Part shown: positions 1-9,465 of the stretch, in pieces
Position numbering within the stretch: the stretch's first letter is position 1
Layout: the number at the start of each line of letters is the position of its first letter
IMG/VR virus record: IMGVR_UViG_3300023083_000001
Location: 186,001-250,000 of that record
Direction: 5' to 3' (one strand)
Length of the DNA: 64,000 nucleotides
Notes under the pieces: generated by a model
What the model was told of the DNA's origin: nothing
The model's input: the letters and a program-made list of their open reading frames with translations, nothing else
Database searches by the model: none
Made by a program: the position numbers and the translations under genes

Positions 1-179
1 AATCGATGGAAGCGGTACGACGTTATCTGTTCGAAGACGAACGTCACACCCCTGGTGGCCTGAACACCGTCGTGGCCGAAGAATTTGAAAGCCTGGGATA
101 CACAGTAGCATACAACCGTCTCGACGGCGTGCTGCTCTTTGCAATGAAATCAGGGTCTGTTCGCTGGACCGCAGTCTGA
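1..179 (+). CDS. 3' end of hypothetical protein (truncated by window start)
   Basis: Frame is open from position 3 to TGA 177-179, followed by a terminator-like hairpin. Confidence 0.6.
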   Translation, partial: SMEAVRRYLFEDERHTPGGLNTVVAEEFESLGYTVAYNRLDGVLLFAMKSGSVRWTAV

Positions 180-185
180 TCAATC

Positions 186-222
186 AGCCCGGTGGAAACA
201 CCGGGCTTTATGTTCCTTTTTT
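186..222 (+). terminator. Hairpin terminator
   Basis: AGCCCGGTG-GAAA-CACCGGGCT, then TTATG and a T-run. Confidence 0.75.
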
Positions 223-232
223 ATTGTAAAGG

Positions 233-259
233 GTTGTAGTCACACATTACCCAACTGAA
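233..259 (+). promoter_or_regulatory. Putative early (virion RNAP) promoter
   Basis: CACATTACCCAACTGAA matches the recurring motif TACATyAy-N5-TG, which resembles the phiKZ early consensus TATATTAC. Confidence 0.55.
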
Positions 260-290
260 CACAAACCCACATCCCTGAAAGGATATTGCA

Positions 291-593
291 ATGCCTCGTC
301 AAATTGTCTTCACTGATTCTATCGAACTGCTCGCACACGTGGACCGTATCGAGCATCGTTTCATCCCTCTGGATAATGATGAACTGGCGGTCAAGACTAC
401 CTTGGTCTTTGCCGAGCACGAGTTCCACGTCACCACCAAGTCCCACGCACCACACACCAAGAACCATACGGCCATGGCCAGCAACATCAACGAAGCTCTC
501 GACCAGGTCGAGATTGCTGTCCGTGAAGGGAAGATCGTCAACCTCGGTCGTACAGACATCTCCTTCGCTGAGAAAGAAGTCGAAGAAGACTAA
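291..593 (+). CDS. Hypothetical early protein
   Basis: AAGGA RBS, highly expressed-type codon usage, lies between promoter motif and terminator. Confidence 0.75.
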   Translation: MPRQIVFTDSIELLAHVDRIEHRFIPLDNDELAVKTTLVFAEHEFHVTTKSHAPHTKNHTAMASNINEALDQVEIAVREGKIVNLGRTDISFAEKEVEED

Positions 594-608
594 TCGCATC
601 TGACTACT

Positions 609-648
609 CAGCGCACAGTTTTCTGTGCGTTGGGCTCTCTTTCTTTTT
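609..648 (+). terminator. Intrinsic terminator
   Basis: CAGCGCACAG-TTTT-CTGTGCGTTG plus T-rich tail. Confidence 0.7.
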
Positions 649-668
649 GTTAACAGGAGTTCTTTATA

Positions 669-941
669 ATGCGCAAGTCCAAGGTTTACTTCGGTCGTAA
701 CAAACGTGTCACTCAGTTTGGTAAAGTAGCCAACACTCAGGTCTGGGGTGTTCCAGTGATGCTTCGGCATTACTTCACCGTTCAGATGAAGCGCTACTTC
801 GACATACAGCAAATGAAGCTGAACATCAACGGCAGTTACGGCTCGACGGTGCAACGTCCTGCGGTCGATCCGGGGAAGATGGAGCAGCTCCTGAATGAAC
901 GCCGTCAACTTAAACAGAAATTCATGTCAGGTAACTTCTAA
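669..941 (+). CDS. Hypothetical basic protein
   Basis: AGGAG RBS; TAATG coupling to next gene. Confidence 0.7.
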   Translation: MRKSKVYFGRNKRVTQFGKVANTQVWGVPVMLRHYFTVQMKRYFDIQQMKLNINGSYGSTVQRPAVDPGKMEQLLNERRQLKQKFMSGNF

Positions 942-1537
942 TGAGTTCTAACATTGCAGACTTCGGTAAGGCCCGGCGCACCAGGACCGCCAACAGCATT
1001 GACGAAACGCTGAAGAGATTCAGCCCGTTACTACCTGTGTTGGTAGAGAAGGGTGATGAAGTGGCTGAATATTTCAATTTGTTCGTCGTGAACGGAATGG
1101 AACTCGGCGGGGCGGAACTACGTCGCTGGTGTAATTTTGGCTGGGAACTTCCTGCCGGCGGTCCGGTGTTTGTGCAGTTCTCAGTCACCTGTAAAGTCCA
1201 AGGTAAGGAAGGTGCCTTCTTCAAAGTAGATCTGGTTCATAAACCAACTGACGTACCAGATCTCGATGCGCAGGGGAGTCATGCGGTAGCTTTTGGGAAG
1301 GCAGTCTTGGCACGGCTGAAAGATACCCACGACCGATGGAGTGCGCTCACATTTCACGTGTTGGGTGAGATTGTGAACAAGGTAATGTTGTCAGCCAGAC
1401 AAGGACGTATCGTCAAGTTTGAAGACAACGAAGGATACCACTTGCTGATACGTGACTTAACCAACAAAGATCTTTACCTGAAGATCTACCTGGGTGGTTG
1501 TTTCATCCACGGCGGCGTTGTTGAGGAGACTAAATAA
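941..1537 (+). CDS. Hypothetical protein
   Basis: 198 aa, translationally coupled on both sides. Confidence 0.75.
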   Translation: MSSNIADFGKARRTRTANSIDETLKRFSPLLPVLVEKGDEVAEYFNLFVVNGMELGGAELRRWCNFGWELPAGGPVFVQFSVTCKVQGKEGAFFKVDLVHKPTDVPDLDAQGSHAVAFGKAVLARLKDTHDRWSALTFHVLGEIVNKVMLSARQGRIVKFEDNEGYHLLIRDLTNKDLYLKIYLGGCFIHGGVVEETK

Positions 1538-2217
1538 TGAGCCGTGAAGTACGTCGCGTTAAAGCAGATTGGAAACATCCGTCCACGGGATTCTACCACA
1601 ACGGCGAAATCAACTACGTTCCTCTTTACGATGGATCCAAGTACCAACGTGAAGTTGATCGGTGGGATGAGGAAAACGCCAAATGGGAAAATAAGGAATA
1701 TCCCAGCTGGGCGGACGAAGACGACAAAAAACTGACCTTCACTGAGTGGGATGGTGAACGTCCTGACGCTAAGGACTACATGCCGGTTTGGACAGATGAA
1801 GAGAAAACTCACTTCATGCTCTACGAGACTACCACTGAAGGTTCTCCGAAAAGCCCGGCGTTCGAAACGATTGAAGAACTGGCGCGTTGGTTGACTGATA
1901 ACCAAGCAACTACGTTTGGGCGGATGACCACCACGTACGACAGGTGGTTGGAGTTCTGCAAAGCGGGATGTGAGTCGGGCGGTTTCACGATGAGTTCACG
2001 TGAGGTTGTTTCTGGCGTTGACGAAGTGGCGATAGCAAACGTAAATGCCAGGCGGGTCACCTCCATCAGTGCCGACTTCGATGGGGATACGCCGTACTAC
2101 CCAGCGCCGGTCAATACCACTGAATGGTCAATTTCTCGTCGTGACTTCAACAACCTTTCTCTGACTGCGAAGAATAAATTTCGTAAGGTGCGCAGACTTT
2201 TACGTAAGGGGAAGTAA
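1537..2217 (+). CDS. Hypothetical phage protein
   Basis: GAGGAG RBS, 226 aa; YETTTEGSPxSPxF motif recalled from widespread phage hypothetical proteins. Confidence 0.75.
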   Translation: MSREVRRVKADWKHPSTGFYHNGEINYVPLYDGSKYQREVDRWDEENAKWENKEYPSWADEDDKKLTFTEWDGERPDAKDYMPVWTDEEKTHFMLYETTTEGSPKSPAFETIEELARWLTDNQATTFGRMTTTYDRWLEFCKAGCESGGFTMSSREVVSGVDEVAIANVNARRVTSISADFDGDTPYYPAPVNTTEWSISRRDFNNLSLTAKNKFRKVRRLLRKGK

Positions 2218-2218
2218 C

Positions 2219-2356
2219 ATGCAATGGGAACTTGACTGGATAGATCGTAACGTACACCGTTACGATTCACCGATGCACGCAGAAGCGGTCAAGCGTAACA
2301 TTGAAAAACGCTACTACATTCTGGAACTTGAACGACTGTTGAAGGAGAAGAAATAA
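2219..2356 (+). CDS. Small 45-aa hypothetical protein (absent from ORF track)
   Basis: MQWELDWIDR...LLKEKK fills the gap exactly; its TAA overlaps the next ATG. Confidence 0.6.
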   Translation: MQWELDWIDRNVHRYDSPMHAEAVKRNIEKRYYILELERLLKEKK

Positions 2357-2775
2357 TGGCCGGTATGGCAGCTGTAGAGAACATCGTTCGTAGCCATCCT
2401 GAGGTGAGGATTTATATCCACATCGCTGACGGCGAAGTCTTGGCAATGTTGCTACCCAAAGACGTTGACGTTGAACGCATTGCCATGCTGCTCGACACCG
2501 CTCGAGAAGAAGACCAAGGTGCGTACTCCGATTACTTCTCGTCCAAGTGGTTCCCGCTAGCGCAATCCGATTCCATGGAACATGCGCTGGAACTGCTGAA
2601 CCACAAAGTTAACGCGGTCAGTCCAGATCGTTCCGACGATTACGTCATGACCGTCACTAGCCACTGGGGTAACATTGAAGACAACTTCAAAGCTCATCTG
2701 TTTGATGACTTCGATGAAGCTACCAGTTACGAGAAACAATTGAAGGCCGCTATCAAGGCCAGAGCCGAAGGATAA
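2356..2775 (+). CDS. Hypothetical protein
   Basis: AAGGAG RBS, 139 aa. Confidence 0.75.
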   Translation: MAGMAAVENIVRSHPEVRIYIHIADGEVLAMLLPKDVDVERIAMLLDTAREEDQGAYSDYFSSKWFPLAQSDSMEHALELLNHKVNAVSPDRSDDYVMTVTSHWGNIEDNFKAHLFDDFDEATSYEKQLKAAIKARAEG

Positions 2776-2779
2776 CCGC

Positions 2780-3559
2780 ATGAAAATTGTAAAACATACC
2801 CCTGGGTTTGCAGACGATCTACGGGTACCACGTGAGATCGTTGAATTCCAAACGCTGGCAGAATTGCTTGATATCGATTACGTGGTTAAGTCTACAACAC
2901 TGGAAGGCTTCGTAAAGCTTTCCCGTGCTGAACTACACCTGGTCAATGTTCAAGAAGCGCACCGGCCTTTGGAAGACGAGTATTATTTCCATTTGATGGC
3001 TGAAGTGGACGAAGGGTACAGTTGGTGGGTACTCGGGATGGTTTACGGCACGATGCCTGAACTGGCGACACTTACCCTACCGAACTGGCAAGGTAAGTAC
3101 AAGGTGTTTGGACTCAAGCCTGAACCAGTAACCCGTGTCGTTCCTGAAATCAGTCTGGATAAGCTGGTTGATAGCGGGGCAGTCTCCTTCGTAACGCGTG
3201 CTGCTGAACTTCCTCAGTACCAACAGCCGGCAGAAGGAGACTGGATTGAGCGGTCAGAAGAAGCGAAGTTTGATCGTATCGCACTGATGGGGATGGGTAA
3301 CGTACCTGCCCGTGATCTTCGCAGTAATAAAATTGCAGTTGATCACAAAGACGTACCGGTGGGCACGTTCACCGGTAAGAAAGCCGCTGATGCAGCGTAT
3401 CTCTTCATCAAGAGCCAGCAGTACACCCAGACTCAATTCGACGCGCTCTACATGGTCACACCGACCGATGAGTTCCAGCTTCGGATCGAAAATACCGATA
3501 ATGGGTATCGGTTGCAACTGACTGATACCAACATGGATATTCTTATCCAACCTGAGTAA
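2780..3559 (+). CDS. Hypothetical protein
   Basis: AAGGA RBS, 259 aa, operon context. Confidence 0.75.
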   Translation: MKIVKHTPGFADDLRVPREIVEFQTLAELLDIDYVVKSTTLEGFVKLSRAELHLVNVQEAHRPLEDEYYFHLMAEVDEGYSWWVLGMVYGTMPELATLTLPNWQGKYKVFGLKPEPVTRVVPEISLDKLVDSGAVSFVTRAAELPQYQQPAEGDWIERSEEAKFDRIALMGMGNVPARDLRSNKIAVDHKDVPVGTFTGKKAADAAYLFIKSQQYTQTQFDALYMVTPTDEFQLRIENTDNGYRLQLTDTNMDILIQPE

Positions 3560-3569
3560 GGAGTAAGTC

Positions 3570-4001
3570 ATGGGTCTGGGCAGCTGTGCTAGTCAAGAGC
3601 TAACGGTAGTTAAGTCCAAGAAATTCGAATACGCTGAAAAGTGTCACGAGCTGTCTCAGTACTTCAAGACTCAAGAAGGTCTGCCTCAAGCCGACGGTCT
3701 GGCTGACACTTTGGAGTTCACAGCCATTCATTGCGCTTTCGAGTTAGTTGAAAGTGTGGTCAAGCGCTACCCGACCGAGGTCCATGCAATTAAACTGCGG
3801 TACGACTCTGAAGAGGAAGTGGATATCTTGACTTTCCCTAACGGCCGGTTGGTTGCTCGAGGGGTAGACCTCGAAGCTTGCGTGGGTGCAATTGATAAGA
3901 CCTACTACCGCGCTAATCCTCCCGACACTCTGCCACTGGTCGATGTGATCATGTCGGGTTTGCGTGACCTACACAACCAGGGTAAGGTCGAGTTTGACTA
4001 A
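3570..4001 (+). CDS. Hypothetical protein
   Basis: TAAGGAG RBS; last gene before terminator. Confidence 0.75.
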   Translation: MGLGSCASQELTVVKSKKFEYAEKCHELSQYFKTQEGLPQADGLADTLEFTAIHCAFELVESVVKRYPTEVHAIKLRYDSEEEVDILTFPNGRLVARGVDLEACVGAIDKTYYRANPPDTLPLVDVIMSGLRDLHNQGKVEFD

Positions 4002-4012
4002 CGGTAACTTTG

Positions 4013-4048
4013 CGGACACCCTTCGGGGTGTCTGTACTTTCTTTTTTT
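4013..4048 (+). terminator. Intrinsic terminator with cUUCGg loop
   Basis: GGACACCC-TTCG-GGGTGTCT plus T-tract. Confidence 0.85.
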
Positions 4049-4408
4049 GTGATCAGATTAACTTTTGAATGGTTCGTGTATGTTATGTCCGACCAGTAAT
4101 TTTTCTTGAGAGAGGAAGAGGAGGGGTAGGATTTACGAAGTAAATCCGGGGTGGTGTTGGAGAGAGAAGGACTAGACCGAGGAGATGGAGCGTAGCGATC
4201 ATCGACGAAGGTATCTCTTAGGCGAGGCACGAGCCTATAGCGTAGTAATTTTTTACGTAACACTAAAATCCTATTCTACAAAATACCAAACAACAGAGAG
4301 GGGCTGTAAGACCCGCTCTGAGTAAACAATCTTTTTATGCTGTTTGCTCTTACTGAATTAGAATATGATGTATAAAACCCACTGCTATTGATTGAGGTGT
4401 TTTCCGTT

Positions 4409-4972
4409 ATGAATTCCTACGGTGTATTGATTGGATCCATGCTGTCTCAGGCCAGCATGGAGTCGTCTGACAAGTCTGAAGAAGAGCAAGAGAAAGAACC
4501 CAACGGTGCTGCCGACAATGTCGAACTGAAATCCAATCCTGACTACAAACCGCAAGGTGCGGTCATGATCGAATTCACACAGACTCTGGAAGATAGCGAA
4601 GCGCTGCAAGACCTCAAGATGTCACTGGAATCCAAAGGCTGGGTCGTACTCACCCGCTTACCGGTTTACTCCACAGAGGACACCTCAAACGGCGACAGTA
4701 CCGGACGGCCAGTACCTCAGGAACAAGAGACGATCGTCAACACGATCGTCAACGGTATTAACCAAGTCTACGATAGCGCAGGCGATATCTACAAAGTCGT
4801 GCAGCTCGTACGGCCTGAGGATACGGTCGTAGGTAGTCAGGCTGACATTATCTACCTGATGAATGACAATGGCGATGTTAAGGACTATCTGCGTAATGAA
4901 GGACATCTGGTGGAATCCGATACCGATGCCTTACACCTGATGTTGCTGACCGATAACGAGAAAGATCTCTGA
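4409..4972 (+). CDS. Putative virion head protein
   Basis: GAGGT RBS before ATG 4409; acidic N-terminus with ASME and MSLE, the S-x-E type prohead-protease sites of phiKZ-like head proteins. Confidence 0.55.
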   Translation: MNSYGVLIGSMLSQASMESSDKSEEEQEKEPNGAADNVELKSNPDYKPQGAVMIEFTQTLEDSEALQDLKMSLESKGWVVLTRLPVYSTEDTSNGDSTGRPVPQEQETIVNTIVNGINQVYDSAGDIYKVVQLVRPEDTVVGSQADIIYLMNDNGDVKDYLRNEGHLVESDTDALHLMLLTDNEKDL

Positions 4973-4976
4973 TGCA

Positions 4977-5013
4977 GCATAGAGGCCGACCACAGGAAAC
5001 CCCATGGTCGGCT
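4977..5013. terminator. Hairpin between convergent genes
   Basis: GCCGACCA...TGGTCGGC preceded by GCATA. Confidence 0.6.
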
Positions 5014-5020
5014 CAAAATG

Positions 5021-5047
5021 TTTACAACCATACATTACACACTTGTA
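5021..5047 (+). promoter_or_regulatory. Putative early promoter, antisense to 5051-5884 and pointing to phuZ
   Basis: TTTACAACCATACATTACACACTTG; first 15 nt identical to the copy at 27820. Confidence 0.55.
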
Positions 5048-5050
5048 CGA

Positions 5051-5884
5051 TCACCACTTAGGCTTACTGCCGAGTGATAACTTCAAGACCTTACGGTACT
5101 TTTCGGTATCGTTAAGTAATGCAATCTTGGTCCAGGTCGTAGAAAGGTAATCGTAGTACAGCTGGTTTGAATCAGCGTACTGGTCGGTGATCTCACGGAT
5201 ACGACCCAGACTCATACCTGCGCGGATTTGACCTTCATCCATGTCTACCACCAGGGTGTTGTGAATATGCGCTTTGGCTGCATAGACGACAAGCTGACTG
5301 AAGTTGTGGTAGTAGGCTGGTTTGATGTCGTTGAAGTTCGGTTCATGAGCCAACGTACAACGCAGGACCGCATCACCGATTATCTGGTTCATGTCGTTGA
5401 CCAGGATCGTGTTAATCCCAACCAATTGAACGTAGGAAGACCCCACCGACTGAACACCTGATGTACTGCGGATAATCTGTCGAGCAATCGACAGCATGTT
5501 GTTGGTATTGGAAGGAGTAATCCCACCACCAGCCCATGATCCCGTTGTGTAGCCGTAGTTGAGTTCGTGAGCGGAGATAATCCGACGACCACCTGTGGCT
5601 TCTCGCGGGAAACGATAGACCATGTTCCAACCATCGACCATCTCAAGCTCAGCCATCATGAGAGGCAGGTACATTTCTGTACCACCAACCAGGTTGACAT
5701 CGACTGCTACACGGCCTTCAATCACGTGTAGTCTGATCTGCTCATCGATTGAGGTGGTGGATACGTTGTCAAAGTAACGATCCCGCCGAGTCGGGTCGTA
5801 ACGTTTGGGCATGAAGGCTTGATCCAGAAGGTCCCTCGGAACTTCAGCTTTAACCCGCATGATTGCAACTTGTACTGGATCCAT
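5051..5884 (-). CDS. Conserved jumbo-phage protein, probably virion structural
   Basis: 277 aa, GGAGGA RBS, divergent from phuZ. Confidence 0.65.
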   Translation of the reverse strand: MDPVQVAIMRVKAEVPRDLLDQAFMPKRYDPTRRDRYFDNVSTTSIDEQIRLHVIEGRVAVDVNLVGGTEMYLPLMMAELEMVDGWNMVYRFPREATGGRRIISAHELNYGYTTGSWAGGGITPSNTNNMLSIARQIIRSTSGVQSVGSSYVQLVGINTILVNDMNQIIGDAVLRCTLAHEPNFNDIKPAYYHNFSQLVVYAAKAHIHNTLVVDMDEGQIRAGMSLGRIREITDQYADSNQLYYDYLSTTWTKIALLNDTEKYRKVLKLSLGSKPKW

Positions 5885-5967
5885 AAACGATTCCTCCCCG
5901 CAGGGTATACCTTAAGTCATACCACCTGCATTAAATTCGTAACACCCACATCTGTTAGGAGTAGTAA

Positions 5968-6960
5968 ATGTCTGATCTTATCGCTGCACGTACCCGTACT
6001 CTTCGTTTCATCGCTTGCGGCGGCACCGCGATTAACTTGCTGCGTAACTATCGTGACAATAAGCCGAAAGATTCTGATGCGTTGTCAGAAGAGCACTACA
6101 GCTATGTCGATACTTCGATCGCTAACCTCAAAGGTGTGTCGAACGACGAAGTGTATCTGCTGCAAGGCGTGGACGGTTCGGGTTCCGATCGTCCGAAGAA
6201 CGCCAAGGCCATCAAGACTGCGTTGCCTGAAATCATGGTCAAGCACGGCGCCGCTGATTTCAACATCGTGATCTTCTCGGCAGCAGGCGGCACTGGTTCG
6301 GTTGCAGGTCCAATGATCTTGGAACACCTGCTGGGTGACAAGAAGAACGCCATCGCAATCGTGATCGGCAGTCACGACAGCCTCAAGCGCACTACCAACA
6401 CCATCGGCACGCTACAAGGTCTGGAAGCCGCCGTGGCCCGTCTGGGTCGTCCCATCGTAATGCACTACAAAGAAAACGAACTGGACAAACCACATGCGGT
6501 CAACAACCGTGGTCCTCAGTTCGTGATGCAGACCGTGTCCATGCTGACCTCCGGCAAGAACGATCACCTGGACAGTGCAGACGTCAACAACCTGTTCAAC
6601 TTCCACACGGTTACACACCATGCGCCATCCCTGGCGATGTTGAACGTTTACGCAAACGCAGAACAACTGACCGAGAAAGTCAAAGCACCCATCGCGTTCG
6701 CCGCTTTGGTGCGTGACAGCGAAGAAGTAGTCCCTCAGCTCGGCCCGGATTACGACACTGTCGGTTATCTGCCATCGTCCAAGACCGCATACGACAACTC
6801 GTTCTACTTCGTGGTGACCACCGACGCATTGGCCGGCGTGTTCACTGAACTGAACAGTAAGCGTGAAAACGCAACCAAGCAGCAGAAAGTCCAGGCCAAG
6901 ACCACCAGTCTGTTGGGTGGCGACACCAAGCATGACGAAGACACCGGCCTGGTGTTCTAA
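5968..6960 (+). CDS. phuZ: PhuZ tubulin-like spindle protein
   Basis: FIACGGTAIN, GxDGSG and AAGGTGS tubulin/FtsZ signatures; acidic-hydrophobic C-tail DEDTGLVF. Confidence 0.95.
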   Translation: MSDLIAARTRTLRFIACGGTAINLLRNYRDNKPKDSDALSEEHYSYVDTSIANLKGVSNDEVYLLQGVDGSGSDRPKNAKAIKTALPEIMVKHGAADFNIVIFSAAGGTGSVAGPMILEHLLGDKKNAIAIVIGSHDSLKRTTNTIGTLQGLEAAVARLGRPIVMHYKENELDKPHAVNNRGPQFVMQTVSMLTSGKNDHLDSADVNNLFNFHTVTHHAPSLAMLNVYANAEQLTEKVKAPIAFAALVRDSEEVVPQLGPDYDTVGYLPSSKTAYDNSFYFVVTTDALAGVFTELNSKRENATKQQKVQAKTTSLLGGDTKHDEDTGLVF

Positions 6961-6983
6961 GCAGTAGAAGTAGCAACAGAATG

Positions 6984-7012
6984 TACATAGGGCGGAAACG
7001 CCCTATGTATGC
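6984..7012 (+). terminator. CATA/TATG hairpin after phuZ
   Basis: TACATAGGGCG-GAAA-CGCCCTATGTA, perfect 11-bp stem. Confidence 0.7.
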
Positions 7013-7039
7013 CCTTCCACCAAGAAAGAGTATTGAATC

Positions 7040-7252
7040 ATGACTAACATGATGTTTGTTTGCGACACCTGTAACAACGTAGATAGTTTACGTGTGAGTA
7101 GTAGTAACCACGAAGGCTTCAAATGTTATCGCTGCCAACACGGTCACTGGCACGGGCTATTCCCGGAAGAAACCTACGACCCGTATCAGCACTTTGTTGA
7201 GAACCGGGTAAACCGAAACTTTAACGAGCATGGAGAACCGTCATTTGGTTAA
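7040..7252 (+). CDS. Small zinc-ribbon protein
   Basis: CDTC...CYRC pairs in 70 aa. Confidence 0.65.
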   Translation: MTNMMFVCDTCNNVDSLRVSSSNHEGFKCYRCQHGHWHGLFPEETYDPYQHFVENRVNRNFNEHGEPSFG

Positions 7253-7424
7253 TACCTCGAAAGAAATTCGTAGGGAGTCTGTGACTCCCTGTAGTCGGAT
7301 TTTCTTTTGTAGCTTATAGATTCATCGTCGAAAGGACGAACGAGGCGTCTACATGCACTACAGGAGCTTACGACCGTATTTACTTACAAAATGGCCTAAT
7401 CATGTACAGAGGTTGAGGTCAACT

Positions 7425-7793
7425 ATGCAAGACACCCCATTCTACATCGTGGACATATCGGAGTTGATTAACCGAGTGTCCCGAGGTGACCGGTTCCCAC
7501 CGGCGATATACGAAACGTGGATAGCTAATAAGTACACTAAAAACTGGGGTGTTCCATGTGTCAGTACCACGTTACTGGACATGGACCCAACGAGCATAAG
7601 AACGTTCTCGGGTAACCGGGAGCAAATTGTAATGAACGCACAAGAGCAAGGCGTGAATCCGATAGACTTTCTACCGGCACCTGATCAATTGTGGCATGAT
7701 GAACGCGGCATATGGCTGCTTGTAAAAGATAGCTATCTGCTGATGGGAGACGGCCGTGCAATTAAGAAACTGTGGCGAAATCTGTATTCTTGA
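7425..7793 (+). CDS. Hypothetical protein, array member 1
   Basis: GAGGT RBS before ATG 7425; FYIVDISEL motif. Confidence 0.7.
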   Translation: MQDTPFYIVDISELINRVSRGDRFPPAIYETWIANKYTKNWGVPCVSTTLLDMDPTSIRTFSGNREQIVMNAQEQGVNPIDFLPAPDQLWHDERGIWLLVKDSYLLMGDGRAIKKLWRNLYS

Positions 7794-8208
7794 TACTAAT
7801 GAGATCGTTGCTTCAGCATTCAGGGATCTGAAGAAGCATAATGAACATCTGGACCGAGCGGACCGGGAACATCTGACAAACGTGATCGCCGATATCTTTG
7901 ACGACCACATCACCGTCAACATGTACTGGACCAAGACAGGGACTCATCCAGATGCGGACCGTTATCTTGATAAGCTTGAAAAACTCATCAAGAAGCATCC
8001 AAGGTCTTACGAACTGATTGAAGATATCCGCGACAAGATCGACGAGTTATTGATGAACGTGGTGAGGCTGCCGACTTGGCATGAAATACACGTCAGAATC
8101 CGGGGGTCCAATATCCAGTTGGAGTTGGGTCAAGATTACCGAATTACCGACTGGATGAAAACCCATGCTAAGGAATACCGCATCGCCGCTGAAATTCGAG
8201 ACTGGTAG
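7756..8208 (+). CDS. Hypothetical protein, array member 2
   Basis: GGAG RBS before GTG; ICILDTNEI motif. Confidence 0.7.
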   Translation: MQLRNCGEICILDTNEIVASAFRDLKKHNEHLDRADREHLTNVIADIFDDHITVNMYWTKTGTHPDADRYLDKLEKLIKKHPRSYELIEDIRDKIDELLMNVVRLPTWHEIHVRIRGSNIQLELGQDYRITDWMKTHAKEYRIAAEIRDW

Positions 8209-8704
8209 TACCTTGTTGTTGGACATCACCGAATTCCTGACGCGATTCCGAAAGCAGATGGAAGAAGATGAGTGGGATGAGTTCAAACTCATTTGGAGGT
8301 CCAGAGAGATACTGCTCGAGTTCGCCCGTAACCTGTACTCCAGAGAAGAATCGATCTACGGCACTGCCAAGAACATCGCGGGTAGTCGTAAGTGTTTTCT
8401 TAACTGGTTGTGTTTGGGGAGCGAGTTGGACTTTGCAGTGCGTGAACATCTGTTGGATAACGCACCGGAAGGTTCGGTCGTGACAGAGATTGATCTGGTC
8501 TTTGACAAACCCCACCTACTCATTAGACATCATGTCCCGAGAACTGAAGATGAACCAGGATTTGAAAGATATATTGAAAGATGCCGTCGGGAAGGGGAAA
8601 CTATCCATCCAGAAGTCGACAAGCAATTGCGCTTCTTCCGATCTCTTGGATCGCCCGGAGCATTCGTACTTGATCGTCGACGTTACCGGTCTCCAATTGA
8701 CTAA
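8165..8704 (+). CDS. Hypothetical protein, array member 3
   Basis: 179 aa; TLLLDITEF motif. Confidence 0.65.
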   Translation: MLRNTASPLKFETGSTLLLDITEFLTRFRKQMEEDEWDEFKLIWRSREILLEFARNLYSREESIYGTAKNIAGSRKCFLNWLCLGSELDFAVREHLLDNAPEGSVVTEIDLVFDKPHLLIRHHVPRTEDEPGFERYIERCRREGETIHPEVDKQLRFFRSLGSPGAFVLDRRRYRSPID

Positions 8705-8990
8705 GGTCAGCGATGAAGTGTTGGTTGATCAGGGGGTTATTCTCAGAGCAGCCTTGTTGTACGAGTTTTACGATGTTGATACAGAGTGGAAGGCGTTGTG
8801 CGCCAAGACGCCTCCAGATTGTGATGAGATGTTCGATGTGGAAGAAACACTGAACACCTGGTTCTCCAATCAGATAGAAGGTATCAGTCTGCGGTTTGAG
8901 TTCATTACCGCGATGAGGCCTTACTATCCATCGGATGTTGTGGTGATGGGTGACTTTGTATTAATCGAAATGACTGAAGGCGAAGACTGA
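8550..8990 (+). CDS. Hypothetical protein, array member 4 (start uncertain)
   Basis: YLIVDVTGL motif; overlaps upstream gene by ~155 nt. Confidence 0.6.
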   Translation: MNQDLKDILKDAVGKGKLSIQKSTSNCASSDLLDRPEHSYLIVDVTGLQLTKVSDEVLVDQGVILRAALLYEFYDVDTEWKALCAKTPPDCDEMFDVEETLNTWFSNQIEGISLRFEFITAMRPYYPSDVVVMGDFVLIEMTEGED

Positions 8991-8998
8991 GGTGTTTG

Positions 8999-9457
8999 AT
9001 GAGTCGTGATGACGATACTGTCGATTTATATACACCGGCTCATCCACGATTACCTTTACGGGTAGGCGGTCGAGAACCGGTGTTGATGAGGATCGATACT
9101 GAGATAGCCGTTGCAGTGCAGAGTCTGACCGACTACTTCGATATATCGAAACACAACAACGTAATAGAAGGAACATTCAGTATCCTCCTGATAGCTTTGT
9201 TGCTTGAGCAAAGTGACGATGCGGTGGATGCGTTTGAAAGGATTATTACGCAGAATAGAGTCAAACCCAGGATGGACGCTGACAAACTCTGGGGTGAATT
9301 CATGACCCTGATCTCGTTTTTCATCGATGTGTATGAAAACGATACGGTGTTGTTGGAAGAGCTGGAGATTTTATTACCCAGCGAAGTGCGTATTTTCCCT
9401 GAAGAAATATTTCAAGTCCGCTGGTCCAAAGGCGGCGACTACTTACTGATACAATAG
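8999..9457 (+). CDS. Hypothetical protein, array member 5
   Basis: GAGGT RBS; LMRIDTEI motif. Confidence 0.7.
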   Translation: MSRDDDTVDLYTPAHPRLPLRVGGREPVLMRIDTEIAVAVQSLTDYFDISKHNNVIEGTFSILLIALLLEQSDDAVDAFERIITQNRVKPRMDADKLWGEFMTLISFFIDVYENDTVLLEELEILLPSEVRIFPEEIFQVRWSKGGDYLLIQ

Positions 9458-9465
9458 GAGGCGGT

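Noticed and set aside
3949-4263. 104-aa minus-strand ORF across the intergenic element
   Set aside because: Ser/Pro low-complexity product of the purine skew; crosses a terminator; no RBS
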